Shown here piece after piece: positions 41,005-51,115 of a stretch of DNA of 64,000 nt (positions are counted from its first letter, which is position 1; every line of letters starts with the position of its first letter). The DNA is from a virus. Its lineage: Duplodnaviria > Caudoviricetes. The notes under the pieces were generated by a model. It was given only the letters and a program-made list of their open reading frames with translations, did no database searches and had not been told where the DNA came from. Location of the stretch: IMG/VR virus record IMGVR_UViG_3300022671_000005, positions 64,001-128,000 of that record; one strand, written 5' to 3'. Both the position numbers and the translations under genes were made by a program.

Positions 41005-41937
41005 TTAGGCCTCCATCATTTTGGAGTAGACAAGTGCGAGATTGTGTTCAACAGCCATTTGCGCAACTATAACTTCACCATAGTTACTGACAGCCATGCC
41101 TAAACGACCAACATAATCCATATACGATTTAATGAATTGTTTAGACGGGACATAAGCATCTGGGTCCTTACTCTCCAAACTGTTCTTCATAAATTCAACA
41201 GTCAAACCTACAGATTCATAAGCCTTTTCAAGACGGTTGTTGATTTCAACACTTTCCAAAAGTCTATCTTCTTGAGACAGTAAGGTCATGCGGCACGCTT
41301 TTATATCATCAATAGATTTAAAAAGAGTGGAAAGTTTCTTAGTCTCTTTACCACGAGTTTTACCAGTGAAAAGTTTACCAAATACTTTCATGGCATTCAT
41401 CTGTTTATTAAGAGAGCCTTCCAACACTTTATCAGAAACGGCAACAACATCTTCATGCGTCTTAGCACCTTTAGACATAGAGCTTAGGATGGTATCTGCT
41501 GTATCCATAGCAGTGTTTACAATTTGTCTGACATTCATAGTTGCATAAACAGATGTGATGGCTTCAACAGCATCCTTATAGGTACCAGCCATTCCTGTAG
41601 GGAAATCAACCATCAGGTCAGCGTAGGCATCCATCGTTTTACCTTCAATGCGCTTAACAGCAGAGGTGTTACTTTCATAAAAATATTTCAGCTCTGAACG
41701 TTTACCACCTTTGAGCACAATGGCTTTAAAGTTATTGAACAACCTAAGAACCACATCATTAATAGTTCCAACAAGGTTGACAAGACCTTCGTTGTCGAGT
41801 TCTAGTTCATCAATAGAATCTTTAAGTTCATATAGACTTTCGGTAGATGTACGAACGTCTTCAATCATCTGCTGATCTTTTTTCAATTCAGAGATCACAC
41901 CCCAATTAACAATGTGGGTCAAATCATACTTAAACAT
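41005..41937 (-). CDS. Probable head/virion protein with propeptide
   Basis: STE and DNE|GL sites early in the protein; KRSEL..F..SN and PTGM motifs; late-type motif upstream. Confidence 0.55.
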   Translation of the reverse strand: MFKYDLTHIVNWGVISELKKDQQMIEDVRTSTESLYELKDSIDELELDNEGLVNLVGTINDVVLRLFNNFKAIVLKGGKRSELKYFYESNTSAVKRIEGKTMDAYADLMVDFPTGMAGTYKDAVEAITSVYATMNVRQIVNTAMDTADTILSSMSKGAKTHEDVVAVSDKVLEGSLNKQMNAMKVFGKLFTGKTRGKETKKLSTLFKSIDDIKACRMTLLSQEDRLLESVEINNRLEKAYESVGLTVEFMKNSLESKDPDAYVPSKQFIKSYMDYVGRLGMAVSNYGEVIVAQMAVEHNLALVYSKMMEA

Positions 41938-42023
41938 TTTAGTTTTCCTTTATATGAGTAGTTGTAAATGAAGTTAACTTTTGCATAAAATGGTCGACTT
42001 AATGGAAGTTGGTATATAATGAA

Positions 42024-42059
42024 TACACTACTAGTGGGTCTGCACCCACCAGTAGTGTA
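42024..42059 (-). terminator. 16-bp-stem hairpin with one mismatch
   Basis: TACACTACTAGTGGGT-ctgc-ACCCACCAGTAGTGTA after the helicase stop. Confidence 0.7.
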
Positions 42060-42065
42060 ACAAAA

Positions 42066-43604
42066 TTAGACTGCATATTCATCATTAACATCAGACTGTG
42101 CCATAGTAGATGTAACAGCATCTTTATAAGCATAAATGTCTAGGACCTCTTTTGATTCCGTATGAATATCATCCAACAATCCCAATGTTTCATGCAACCT
42201 ATACGCAGTATATGTTTCAGTAGGTAATTTACAATATTTATGCTTAGCTATCTTCAGAGTTACAAAAGGAATACTATTAGCATTCTTCTCAATATGCATA
42301 AAGAACAATACATCAAGTTCACGCATAATACCTTTACAATCAGCTAAGTGTGCTGCACCATATTGTTTAACAACATTAATAGTTCCACTATCTGCAAGTT
42401 GTTGTGCTTCTGTACCGAGCTGAAAACCTGTTAAAGTTGTCATACCCTTATGGTTAGCATAATTACCAACTAAATTACAAAGTTTCTGCAACTTCTTAGC
42501 GTCGTTGGATTCCCCATCTGGGAACTTCATTAGTGTAAGATAATCGATGATAAGACCTAGTACAAGATAACCTTGTTGCTCAAGCGATTCTATTTCACGA
42601 ACTAATTCCTCGTATCCAAAGTCATCACCCATTTTTCTAAACACTAGAAGATGAAAACCATTCTTAGCATATTGTTCAAACACATAATCAATAATTTCTT
42701 GATCAGATAAATTTTCACCTGTCTCACCTTCCATATTTGCATATGCTGTTTTGAACCACTCCATCTGATTTTCAAAGACTTCATTTTCTAATGAGAAGAA
42801 AACAATGGCTGGAGCCTTTTCTTTTCCTATTGCACCAGGAGTATTTAGCATAGTTAACCATCTAGCCCAATTCATCAACATGCCAGATTTATAGTGGTAT
42901 GACAATGCAGCAAATCCGATAAATTCTCCAGGCACTGCACCTTCATGACTAGGACCAAATAACCTATTCAATCCTTGAAGACCAGATTTCCATGTCTTAC
43001 TAACACGTTTATTTTTATACGATTGAAGACTTCTAGCTAAAGACTTCTTATCTGACATATCAATGAAATCAATATTTTCTGCAGTGAGAGTTCCTTCTTC
43101 GTGTGAAGCAACTATTTCTTTTGCATGTTCAAGAACTTCCTTCAACAATAATTCTTGCTGAACACCATTTGTTGTTTGAGAAGCCTTCTGTTTTTTAACA
43201 AACATCTTCTTAATTGAATCGTTGTTCTTATGAAGTAAAGCCCAATTTCGAATATTCTTCTGTAAATTTGTAATTCTTCTTTTTGTTGCATCATCTTTAT
43301 TATTGATTATTTCCTTTATATCATCAATAATAGTTGGGTCCTCTTTGACCAATGGATGTTGTTTAAGTTTGACTATCAAGGCTGCAACATCACCTTTTTT
43401 TGATAGATCTAAAGAATCTCTAACTATATCTTTTACTAAAGAGATATAAAACTTAGATAGGTCATCTTGGAATTCTGAATTCTTTTCAGACTCCTTTTCA
43501 AAGATATCTACAACAACATTTAAAATACGCTCTGTAGTTTCATCGCTCGAATATACTGCCAAACATAGGACATTTAGAAAAAAATCTGGACCTCTTTGTG
43601 TCAT
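42066..43604 (-). CDS. dnaB: DnaB-like replicative helicase (phiKZ gp118-like)
   Basis: SGLQGLNR, Walker A variant ALSYHYKSG, FSLENE, Walker B IIDYL, FQL, KHK. Confidence 0.88.
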   Translation of the reverse strand: MTQRGPDFFLNVLCLAVYSSDETTERILNVVVDIFEKESEKNSEFQDDLSKFYISLVKDIVRDSLDLSKKGDVAALIVKLKQHPLVKEDPTIIDDIKEIINNKDDATKRRITNLQKNIRNWALLHKNNDSIKKMFVKKQKASQTTNGVQQELLLKEVLEHAKEIVASHEEGTLTAENIDFIDMSDKKSLARSLQSYKNKRVSKTWKSGLQGLNRLFGPSHEGAVPGEFIGFAALSYHYKSGMLMNWARWLTMLNTPGAIGKEKAPAIVFFSLENEVFENQMEWFKTAYANMEGETGENLSDQEIIDYVFEQYAKNGFHLLVFRKMGDDFGYEELVREIESLEQQGYLVLGLIIDYLTLMKFPDGESNDAKKLQKLCNLVGNYANHKGMTTLTGFQLGTEAQQLADSGTINVVKQYGAAHLADCKGIMRELDVLFFMHIEKNANSIPFVTLKIAKHKYCKLPTETYTAYRLHETLGLLDDIHTESKEVLDIYAYKDAVTSTMAQSDVNDEYAV

Positions 43605-43676
43605 ATACAGCTCCTTTTTGTAGTTATTATATGAATCACAACTCTCAAATCACCCCAATAAAATAAGAGGGAAAAA

Positions 43677-45206
43677 ATGATAACAAATTACTTAGGTCTA
43701 ACTAGGAATCACTTCTGGAATCCTAACAGACTCACAACTCAAAAGTACTCTACTAGGGATCGTTGTGAATATATCCTTAATAGATCATTAATCTTTGGTT
43801 ATGTAAAACTTGCATATAATACTGACTCGGTGTTACTTTTAAAAGATATCATATCCGATATCAGATATGAGATTAAGAGCATTAGGGATTCTAGTATACG
43901 AGAAGAAGGTGTTTATGAATCTTCTAACGATGGTATGCAGGTTTCTACTAAACATGTCCAAGATGTTTTAAGTATATGTGACATGCTTATTGGTGATACC
44001 AGAAGTTCTTTAGATGTAGATTTTGAAATTTATATCAAAGACTCTTTCTTTAGAACCATTGCAGAATACTACAATATGGTTTACAAGAAGGTAGAAGGTG
44101 AAGAGACTATCAAATCTATGCAGAGTGTTTACATCAAAGTTCTCAAAAGATCTGGAATGGGAATTTATTGTGTTCCACAACTTCCCAATGCTTACAACTC
44201 TCTTGTTACTTTAGATAGTACTAAACTTTCTGATAGCACACCCAATCCTAACATTATTGATTTTATGTCGTGCTTTACATTTGTAAATGCAAATACTGAC
44301 AACTATCTCTGCTGGTTAGCATGTATGTGTATTGAACCAGATAAGAACATGTGTATGAACGGTTACAGTATTCCATTGGACTTCATCAACAAGTGGTTTA
44401 AGCCAAGTAGTATTGATGAAACTATAAGTAGACTGTCTTCTGGTGACACTATCGCGATTGAAGCTCCCTTAAATGGAAATATGAGTTTCGTTCTTGATTT
44501 CCTAGTAAAACTTAAGGATAGACAGAATGTTAGTTTGGGTCAAGTTACCAATATGGTATTGAAGTCCGCCCTAACTGGTCGTAATTATATAGACAAAGCC
44601 ATCGTTTATGTTTTGGAAATACTTACATCCAAAAAAGTTAAGTCTAATGATGAAGGTGAAATAACCGGAATCGATCAAGAATATGTAGACGCTTTTAAAT
44701 CTTCTGACCTGTATTTGAAAGAATTGGATATTACATCCGAATATTTTATAGATCAGTTTGCTGCTGAGGACGATCCCACTGAGGGAGAAGATCCAGCAGA
44801 GGAACCTGTAGAGGGTGAGACACCTACAGACGATCCAGCAGAAGATCAAAAGCCAGAAGAGGACACTCCACTAGAGGATGAGGGTAGTGATACTGACAAT
44901 CCTGATGAGGGAGAAGAGTCTTCTGAACCAACTGAAGTAAGTAAAACCAATGATAGTAAGGGTATAGAGCTTAGTGTCCAAGAAGGACAATGCACTCTTG
45001 ATGAATATCTTTACCGTAGAGAAGTAGGGTTTATTCTAACTCAACTGATCGAAAATCCACCAAAAAAGATGTCAGCTGAAAAGTTAGCCATATTGAGAGA
45101 TATAAAAACTCGTTGGTTGTACATCTATGACGTAAAAACTATTCACAATGTTCTGTCTAAAATTATTGATCTTAAAATCAAAGTTAAGACAAAACAAGTG
45201 GCTTAA
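43677..45206 (+). CDS. Virion protein between helicase and capsid genes (phiKZ gp119 position)
   Basis: 509 aa with a D/E/P-rich linker; C-terminal LDEYLYRRE...WLY; synteny. Confidence 0.6.
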   Translation: MITNYLGLTRNHFWNPNRLTTQKYSTRDRCEYILNRSLIFGYVKLAYNTDSVLLLKDIISDIRYEIKSIRDSSIREEGVYESSNDGMQVSTKHVQDVLSICDMLIGDTRSSLDVDFEIYIKDSFFRTIAEYYNMVYKKVEGEETIKSMQSVYIKVLKRSGMGIYCVPQLPNAYNSLVTLDSTKLSDSTPNPNIIDFMSCFTFVNANTDNYLCWLACMCIEPDKNMCMNGYSIPLDFINKWFKPSSIDETISRLSSGDTIAIEAPLNGNMSFVLDFLVKLKDRQNVSLGQVTNMVLKSALTGRNYIDKAIVYVLEILTSKKVKSNDEGEITGIDQEYVDAFKSSDLYLKELDITSEYFIDQFAAEDDPTEGEDPAEEPVEGETPTDDPAEDQKPEEDTPLEDEGSDTDNPDEGEESSEPTEVSKTNDSKGIELSVQEGQCTLDEYLYRREVGFILTQLIENPPKKMSAEKLAILRDIKTRWLYIYDVKTIHNVLSKIIDLKIKVKTKQVA

Positions 45207-45341
45207 GATTCTGTACTTATAGATACATCTTTTTAAAGATTAACCGTCTACAAGTATATCATCTTATGTAGAACATTTTTATACAAATAAAAAAAGTTAA
45301 CAAAACGTTATCTTGAGTAATAATCATGGAGAACTATTCCT

Positions 45342-47501
45342 ATGAAGAAGAATCAAAACTTCGAAAACTTCCTGGAGTCTATTAGGGAAGAATGTGCCAA
45401 AGCCACTGACGTGGTTGGTGCAGACCTCGTCAGCCTTGCTAGCAAGATTGGTGAGAACGTACAGTCGTTTCTGGCTGAAAACAACATTGCTCGTCCTCGT
45501 GAAGAAAGTGGTGCATGGATTGCTACCGAAGCCTTCAACATGGACACTTTGTCTGAAGTCGGTTTCGAATCTATCAGTGGTCTTGTAAAGGCTTCTGGTG
45601 TTCCGGAAAAGAATATGTCCCAGGCTATGGAATCTGTAGCTATGCTTCTTGGTCGTAACGCTACTGGCGGTATGGCTGGTGATGCTTGGGGTCGTCAATC
45701 TGCTCGTCAGACTGACTTCGGTGGAAGCATTGTTTCCATGGAAGATATGTATCCGTCGCACATCAGTGCACTGTTCAAAGACGGTAATCTGAGTACTGAA
45801 AGCTTTGGTGTTGGTACTGACTCTGTCCTCGTCGACATGAAGATTGCTATCACTGTTAGCCTTATGAAGTGGCACACTACCCTGACTCCGCGCATGCTGG
45901 CTGTTCTTGGTACTTCCACTCCTATCGTCCAGTACAAGAAAGAAACACTGGTTGTTTATGATCTGAATGATCCTACTGACAAGTCAACTCGTGTCATCGA
46001 TCTCTATGAAGATCCTGCTTTGGTAAGCAACGAACTGAAACAGATCGTTCCTGCTGAAGCTAATGATAGTGATGATGTTCTTGTTAGTGATGGAATCATC
46101 CGTTTCGATAAGAAAGCCAACATCCTTGACCTGTCCATCGACGCTACCAAATATGGTTATACGACTATCAATCGTACAGACCTGGTTGCTGATGGTGTTC
46201 TCATGGAACTGGTTTATATTGAACTGGCTGACGGTACCGATGTTGAAACTTTCGAACTTGCTATTCCTAAGAGCAAAGGTCGTCTGAGTCGTCAGAACAA
46301 TGATGGTAGTTCTGTTCGTGCAGCTAACATTAGCCACACTGTCCTTCTGACAGCTTCTACCACTCAATCAAGTGGTGCTGTTTCTGACATTATAGCTAAG
46401 CTTGGTGATCCTAAAGACGCTATTGCAGTTTCTCTCGAAATCAAACCTGAGATCGATCTGAAAACTGGTATTGCATATACCCTCGGTGGTTTCACCGTTG
46501 CATCTGCAAACGTTGATGGTCTCACGCCTGATGCTGCTACTGACACTTTGGTTGGTAACATTGTTACTAACACTGTTCCTGGTGGAGCAGGTGCTGGTCT
46601 GACTGGTTACACTCTGGATGCTAAGTTCAGTGAAGAAAACATGCGTAAATCTGACATCGCTGTTACCAACGAAACTGGTCAGCTTGCATACAACATCCCA
46701 ACTGGTCGTAACTACCTTATCGACTATGCCATGGGTGATGATCGTGTTAACGCTGGTACCAACGCTGCTAACCTGAATGCAGTTATCCGCATTGGTCAGG
46801 ACGATCGTGCTCTTAAGCTTATCGAAGCAGTTATGCTCGAAGTTAAAGATGCTAACGACCTGGCTATTGCTCTTGGTGATAGTGCTATTGATATCGGACA
46901 GTTCTATGCTGCTGGTAACAAAGTACGTCCTACCGTTCTTGAGCCTACTCTCGACCTCGGTGGTATTACTACTGATCGTGATGACGTTCGTTTCGAACTG
47001 GTTACTGCACGTACCCAGGCTTTCCTGACTAGCGTTATTGCTGAGATCCACACCAAATCGTTCTACACCAACCAGTTGGTTAATGGTCAGATGCCCGTTT
47101 ATCGTGTCATCACCTCCAACAAGGTTAAGGACAACGTTCTTGGTGTAACTCACCTGCACAACCACCTTGCAGAAGGTGGAGCTCCTGTAGCTGGTGACGG
47201 TGTTGAACTTCGCCTGGTTCTCAAATCTGGTGTTGTTCTTGAAGTTATCACAACCACGTTTGACAGCATGGACACCAAGATGATCATCATCCCGTTCCTG
47301 CCTGGTCAACCCAAGTCCGAACTCAACTTCGGTACTAACTGGGATTACGGTACGATGGTTGGACATTACAACCACAGTGATGGACATGCTGCGACTAACC
47401 GTCGTATCTATGCTAACACTCGTGAGCTTCCGGTACCTACTAATGTTATCGGTGCTATTGTCACTGTTGAGAACATCGATGAAGCTATGTTCCGCGTATA
47501 A
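45342..47501 (+). CDS. Major capsid protein (phiKZ gp120-like)
   Basis: 719 aa with strongly biased codon usage. Propeptide sites ATE/GFE/AME/SME/STE|SF; motifs RTDLV, N.RKSD, SELNFG; follows the dnaB and gp119-like genes. Confidence 0.85.
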   Translation: MKKNQNFENFLESIREECAKATDVVGADLVSLASKIGENVQSFLAENNIARPREESGAWIATEAFNMDTLSEVGFESISGLVKASGVPEKNMSQAMESVAMLLGRNATGGMAGDAWGRQSARQTDFGGSIVSMEDMYPSHISALFKDGNLSTESFGVGTDSVLVDMKIAITVSLMKWHTTLTPRMLAVLGTSTPIVQYKKETLVVYDLNDPTDKSTRVIDLYEDPALVSNELKQIVPAEANDSDDVLVSDGIIRFDKKANILDLSIDATKYGYTTINRTDLVADGVLMELVYIELADGTDVETFELAIPKSKGRLSRQNNDGSSVRAANISHTVLLTASTTQSSGAVSDIIAKLGDPKDAIAVSLEIKPEIDLKTGIAYTLGGFTVASANVDGLTPDAATDTLVGNIVTNTVPGGAGAGLTGYTLDAKFSEENMRKSDIAVTNETGQLAYNIPTGRNYLIDYAMGDDRVNAGTNAANLNAVIRIGQDDRALKLIEAVMLEVKDANDLAIALGDSAIDIGQFYAAGNKVRPTVLEPTLDLGGITTDRDDVRFELVTARTQAFLTSVIAEIHTKSFYTNQLVNGQMPVYRVITSNKVKDNVLGVTHLHNHLAEGGAPVAGDGVELRLVLKSGVVLEVITTTFDSMDTKMIIIPFLPGQPKSELNFGTNWDYGTMVGHYNHSDGHAATNRRIYANTRELPVPTNVIGAIVTVENIDEAMFRV

Positions 47502-47525
47502 CTAGTTAGCTAGTTAAGTTATTCT

Positions 47526-47559
47526 ACTAGTACCTTGGGCCTAGGCCCAAGGTACTAGT
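47526..47559 (+). terminator. 34-bp perfect palindrome centred on CCTAGG with T-rich tail
   Basis: ACTAGTACCTTGGGCCT|AGGCCCAAGGTACTAGT followed by TCTTTTCTTT, after the capsid gene. Confidence 0.88.
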
Positions 47560-47604
47560 TCTTTTCTTTCTCTTTTGTTAAAGTGTAGTTCATGTATTTA
47601 CAAC

Positions 47605-47623
47605 TATATATTACTATTATGAA
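47605..47623 (+). promoter_or_regulatory. Putative early promoter
   Basis: TATATATTAC-tatta-TGAA. Confidence 0.75.
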
Positions 47624-47667
47624 TCATTCATTTAATCTTGCAACCTTAAATTAATAAGAGGTCCGTT

Positions 47668-47967
47668 ATGACTACACCTGTTGCTTATTTAGATGTGGTG
47701 GAACATCTTGAAAAGTTAGTCAATGAAACTGTCGTCAGGCATTACACTCCTGCTGAAGGTCTTGTTGGTAACTCCAGGATGTTGGCTGATAGATTCGATG
47801 TTGAGTCAGGAAGACAATATGCTATCCAGAAGGTAGATGACCTTCTAAAGATATTGGAAGTTGGCAGTCCTTGTGATACAAGATATCCTGAAATAAAGCA
47901 AAGGGTAGATAGTCTTCATGTGTATCTTAAACAAATGAGAAAGGAGATCCTGAATAAGGATCTCTAA
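47668..47967 (+). CDS. Hypothetical early protein
   Basis: RBS GAGG; 99 aa; has its own promoter motif and terminator. Confidence 0.75.
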   Translation: MTTPVAYLDVVEHLEKLVNETVVRHYTPAEGLVGNSRMLADRFDVESGRQYAIQKVDDLLKILEVGSPCDTRYPEIKQRVDSLHVYLKQMRKEILNKDL

Positions 47968-47974
47968 ATCTCAT

Positions 47975-47997
47975 GGAACTCTAACGAGTTCCTTTTT
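47975..47997 (+). terminator. Intrinsic terminator
   Basis: GGAACTC-taac-GAGTTCC-TTTTT. Confidence 0.75.
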
Positions 47998-48019
47998 ATT
48001 TTTTCAGTTTCATTATATG

Positions 48020-48038
48020 TATATATTACTATCATGAA
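48020..48038 (+). promoter_or_regulatory. Putative early promoter
   Basis: TATATATTAC-tatca-TGAA. Confidence 0.75.
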
Positions 48039-48071
48039 CATAATTGTAACATCTAATGGAGGACCATTGTC

Positions 48072-48281
48072 ATGTCTAAAGGAGTAACTAGTACTATCAT
48101 TGACGATAGTGCAATGCCAGTGTGTGAAGAGGGTAACACTGCTGAGATAATTATGTCTGAAGAGTCTATCCGGAACAGGACTACCACACAGCAGAGAAAG
48201 TTCTTAACGGAGACAGTAAGAAAAAGATTCGTATTGGAAGCAAAGAAATCTTTCAACTTAACTATCAAAGCTAAGAAATAG
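48072..48281 (+). CDS. Hypothetical early protein
   Basis: RBS GGAGGA; 69 aa. Confidence 0.7.
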   Translation: MSKGVTSTIIDDSAMPVCEEGNTAEIIMSEESIRNRTTTQQRKFLTETVRKRFVLEAKKSFNLTIKAKK

Positions 48282-48290
48282 GTAATTGCA

Positions 48291-48470
48291 ATGTCTCATA
48301 ACGATGAAATGTTTTTGACAATACTACAATACATATTTGGTACAATAAGTACAGTCTGTGTTATAGTAATACCATTCATTATTAGATTGACTATATTAGC
48401 ATATATAGACTGGAAAGAAGCATTAGACGATTTAGAAGGCACTGATAACCTATACTGGAGAGGAAATTAG
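48291..48470 (+). CDS. Small membrane protein (59 aa, not in the ORF track)
   Basis: MSHNDEMFLTILQYIFGTISTVCVIVIPFIIRLTILAY...; one TM helix. Confidence 0.55.
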   Translation: MSHNDEMFLTILQYIFGTISTVCVIVIPFIIRLTILAYIDWKEALDDLEGTDNLYWRGN

Positions 48471-48638
48471 TTCAGATGTCCTAGTAGGAGTATCTATATT
48501 CTCTATTGTACTACTAACGGGCACGATGGCTTTTATCATTGGTGTCCTTAAAAGGATACTTAAATGTATTGAGAATAAAAGAACTAGATGATCATAAAAA
48601 GTTTTTAGAAGAGTTCAAACTGAACTACAAACTACTAT

Positions 48639-48899
48639 TTGAATGTTGCCCACCTAAATGTAAATGTCAATATTGCTCTAAGGAAAAGTAATATGTTTAT
48701 AACTATATCTGAAAGTAACTGTTGTCCTAAGGATGTCCCTGGAACTAACTTTCCACCTGACCCTGGATCTAAAATATGTCAGAGGTGTGAGTACAACCTA
48801 GAGACTAAACGTAACGAAGATAGGGTTCATGACATGTGTCCTATCTATATTGTTAAATGTGGTCAGCCATATGATACAAAATCTGATAGTCAAACTTAA
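48639..48899 (+). CDS. Small Cys-rich protein (true start probably MFITIS)
   Basis: CC...CxxC...C...C pattern. Confidence 0.5.
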   Translation: MNVAHLNVNVNIALRKSNMFITISESNCCPKDVPGTNFPPDPGSKICQRCEYNLETKRNEDRVHDMCPIYIVKCGQPYDTKSDSQT

Positions 48900-49182
48900 A
48901 GAGTTTTGGAAGATACTGAAAAACATACATTGTCCATGTTGTGGTAAAGTATCTCTCATACCAAGAACAAGAGAAGTACCCTGCCCATGGGGAGATGAAT
49001 ACAAACTTTTACTACTATGTAAGGACTGTTTAAAAAAAGATATAGAGTCAGTAAAAGTCAAGATTTTTTATGCATGGTACTTTGAATTGTATTCCAATTT
49101 ACTAGAAAAGTATTTTGATAATCCCAATAACAAATATCTAAGCAAGGAATGTGATAGATTAGAAACATTATTATTTGATTAA
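48829..49182 (+). CDS. Zn-ribbon-like hypothetical protein
   Basis: CPCCG...C...CKDC; probable start MIQNL. Confidence 0.55.
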   Translation: MTCVLSILLNVVSHMIQNLIVKLKEFWKILKNIHCPCCGKVSLIPRTREVPCPWGDEYKLLLLCKDCLKKDIESVKVKIFYAWYFELYSNLLEKYFDNPNNKYLSKECDRLETLLFD

Positions 49183-49197
49183 CATACAGGGCTGTAT

Positions 49198-49356
49198 ATG
49201 AAGAAAGGATTAATATTACCAGATAGGTATTATGTAGTACTTAACGGTGAAGTGTTTCTGGATACACAGAATGCTATGATAGCAAGATGCTACTACAACA
49301 TTATGAGGCAGTTCTTTATATTCGCAGAACTGATAGAACCAACAACAACAAACTAG
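49198..49356 (+). CDS. Small hypothetical protein (52 aa, not in the ORF track)
   Basis: MKKGLILPDRYYVVLNGEVFLDT... fills the gap in the operon. Confidence 0.5.
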   Translation: MKKGLILPDRYYVVLNGEVFLDTQNAMIARCYYNIMRQFFIFAELIEPTTTN

Positions 49357-49371
49357 AGATGGAGAATAGAA

Positions 49372-49614
49372 ATGGTAAGGATTCCTAACACTGAAGAAAA
49401 TCGACAAAGACTTCTGGACAATATGAGACTCATGATCCCAGAAGAGGAGTTTAATGAATTGGAACTTCTTGACGAGATGGAAGATGATGTTGTCTTTCAA
49501 GAATTTGTTGGTATGTATTCTGAACCAGAAGAATGGGGTGAGTTTTCTGATACAGATTATCTTTCAAATAAAGAATTATCTGAGCTTGAAGATCCTCCAG
49601 ATTTATTGTATTAA
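49372..49614 (+). CDS. Small highly acidic protein
   Basis: RBS GGAG; 80 aa, D/E-rich. Confidence 0.7.
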   Translation: MVRIPNTEENRQRLLDNMRLMIPEEEFNELELLDEMEDDVVFQEFVGMYSEPEEWGEFSDTDYLSNKELSELEDPPDLLY

Positions 49615-49655
49615 ATCGACTAGACCATCTGTACTGGTTAAATAATTATCATTGT

Positions 49656-49687
49656 TCTACCTGTAGGTTATATAACCTACAGGTAGA
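49656..49687. repeat. 32-bp perfect palindrome
   Basis: TCTACCTGTAGGTTAT|ATAACCTACAGGTAGA followed by CTTTT. Confidence 0.85.
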
Positions 49688-49767
49688 CTTTTAGCTATCT
49701 ATTTCTATTAAAATATTAATTTAAAGAATCATCAAATAATATAAAATAAAGGACAGGATTAAATATC

Positions 49768-50049
49768 ATGAATTGGATAAACAGATTTTTAAATTGCATC
49801 GATATTTTAAAGGCGCGTGAAAGAGAACTGTTGTTAAAAGGTGATCATTTTAAAACATCAGATCCAGAAATTGTAATGGTTCAAAAACTTTTGTACGAAT
49901 TAAAAGATCCAGAAGTTATGGAATCATACAATCAAAACTTTAAATCAAAAGCTTATCTGATAGGACAAGCATACAACTTCTTAAAGGGTATACCAATAGA
50001 AAGGGATATCGATATAGAAAAATTATTAGGAGTAGCAAATGACGATTAA
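49768..50049 (+). CDS. Hypothetical protein
   Basis: 93 aa; RBS AGGA. Confidence 0.65.
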   Translation: MNWINRFLNCIDILKARERELLLKGDHFKTSDPEIVMVQKLLYELKDPEVMESYNQNFKSKAYLIGQAYNFLKGIPIERDIDIEKLLGVANDD

Positions 50050-51115
50050 AAGAATGGATGGATCATATCGCAGAAATTCGAAGTGTCCCTGTGGTTCTGG
50101 GAAGAAGATAAAAAAATGTTGCTCACATTTATTAATGGTAGTTACCAATAGTGATGTTGAAGCTGACGTTAGATCAACAAACATTGAAGCTAATTCATAT
50201 GTAAAGACAACATCTACGTTAAAGAATCTAGAAGCTCCTAATCCAGACAATATGTTTCGTGGAAAAATGACATGCGGTTGTTGCCACGGTTCTGGACGTA
50301 GAAGGAAACATAGTGACAAATATCCTTTCAAGGAAATGGTTGGTTCTACAGAATGTGAATCATGTGATGGTAAAGGTTGGTATTGGGTTAGTGTTTCTGA
50401 TATTATAGCAATATGTGCACACGACTCTTATTGTATTATTGAATATGTTAACAAAGACAAAACACCAATCAAAGTATTTAACACTACTGATAGTGAGGCC
50501 CCAGATCACTTATATATGGATAGATTTATATGGACTAAATCATCTGTAGTTGAGTTTTGTGGACAATTTACTTTCGAGTATAAGAAACCCGAATTTGGTT
50601 TTCATGATCCTAACTTAAGATATATTATCAAACTACACCCTAAACATACCAGTATAGTGACATCAGAACAACTGATGTTCATATGTTACTTTGGATGTAT
50701 ATGGGGTAGCATACCCAATATGATAAAAACCACTGTCAGGGCATTCATGCGAGACAATGGTTTCGAAGGCAAATTGTCATTACTACCACATTCAGATATA
50801 CCGGATAAATGGTGGGTTGCTAATAATAGATTCTTTGTCCCAGTTATTACCAAGAAAGAAATTGCACTTTATATAAAAGAGTATAGACTTCCTGGTAAAG
50901 AATATGAAATGAAGTCCAAACAGTATAAAGACTACACATTAGTCTATCATGACAATGGTGACGATTCTTTCTACATAGTTAAAGCAGAAGCATCTAATCT
51001 GAATAAATCTGTTACACGTGAATATTTTGATGAGTATAGGAAATATCTCTTAGAAGTCTACAAACACAAATTCAAAGAACATGTAATACCACCTAAGGAG
51101 GTAGAGGGTGTATAA
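50039..51115 (+). CDS. SEC-C motif plus DnaJ-type Zn-finger protein
   Basis: RNSKCPCGSGKKIKKCC; CGCCHGSG...CESCDGKG. Confidence 0.8.
   Translation: MTIKRMDGSYRRNSKCPCGSGKKIKKCCSHLLMVVTNSDVEADVRSTNIEANSYVKTTSTLKNLEAPNPDNMFRGKMTCGCCHGSGRRRKHSDKYPFKEMVGSTECESCDGKGWYWVSVSDIIAICAHDSYCIIEYVNKDKTPIKVFNTTDSEAPDHLYMDRFIWTKSSVVEFCGQFTFEYKKPEFGFHDPNLRYIIKLHPKHTSIVTSEQLMFICYFGCIWGSIPNMIKTTVRAFMRDNGFEGKLSLLPHSDIPDKWWVANNRFFVPVITKKEIALYIKEYRLPGKEYEMKSKQYKDYTLVYHDNGDDSFYIVKAEASNLNKSVTREYFDEYRKYLLEVYKHKFKEHVIPPKEVEGV

Noticed and set aside
45324-47387. Long antisense ORFs (183 and 339 aa) opposite the capsid gene
   Set aside because: Shadow ORFs caused by the capsid gene's strong codon bias; no RBS or protein-like features.
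49198-49614. TAG read-through fusing the 52-aa ORF with the in-frame acidic ORF
   Set aside because: The downstream ORF has its own RBS, and sharing a frame is a one-in-three chance.
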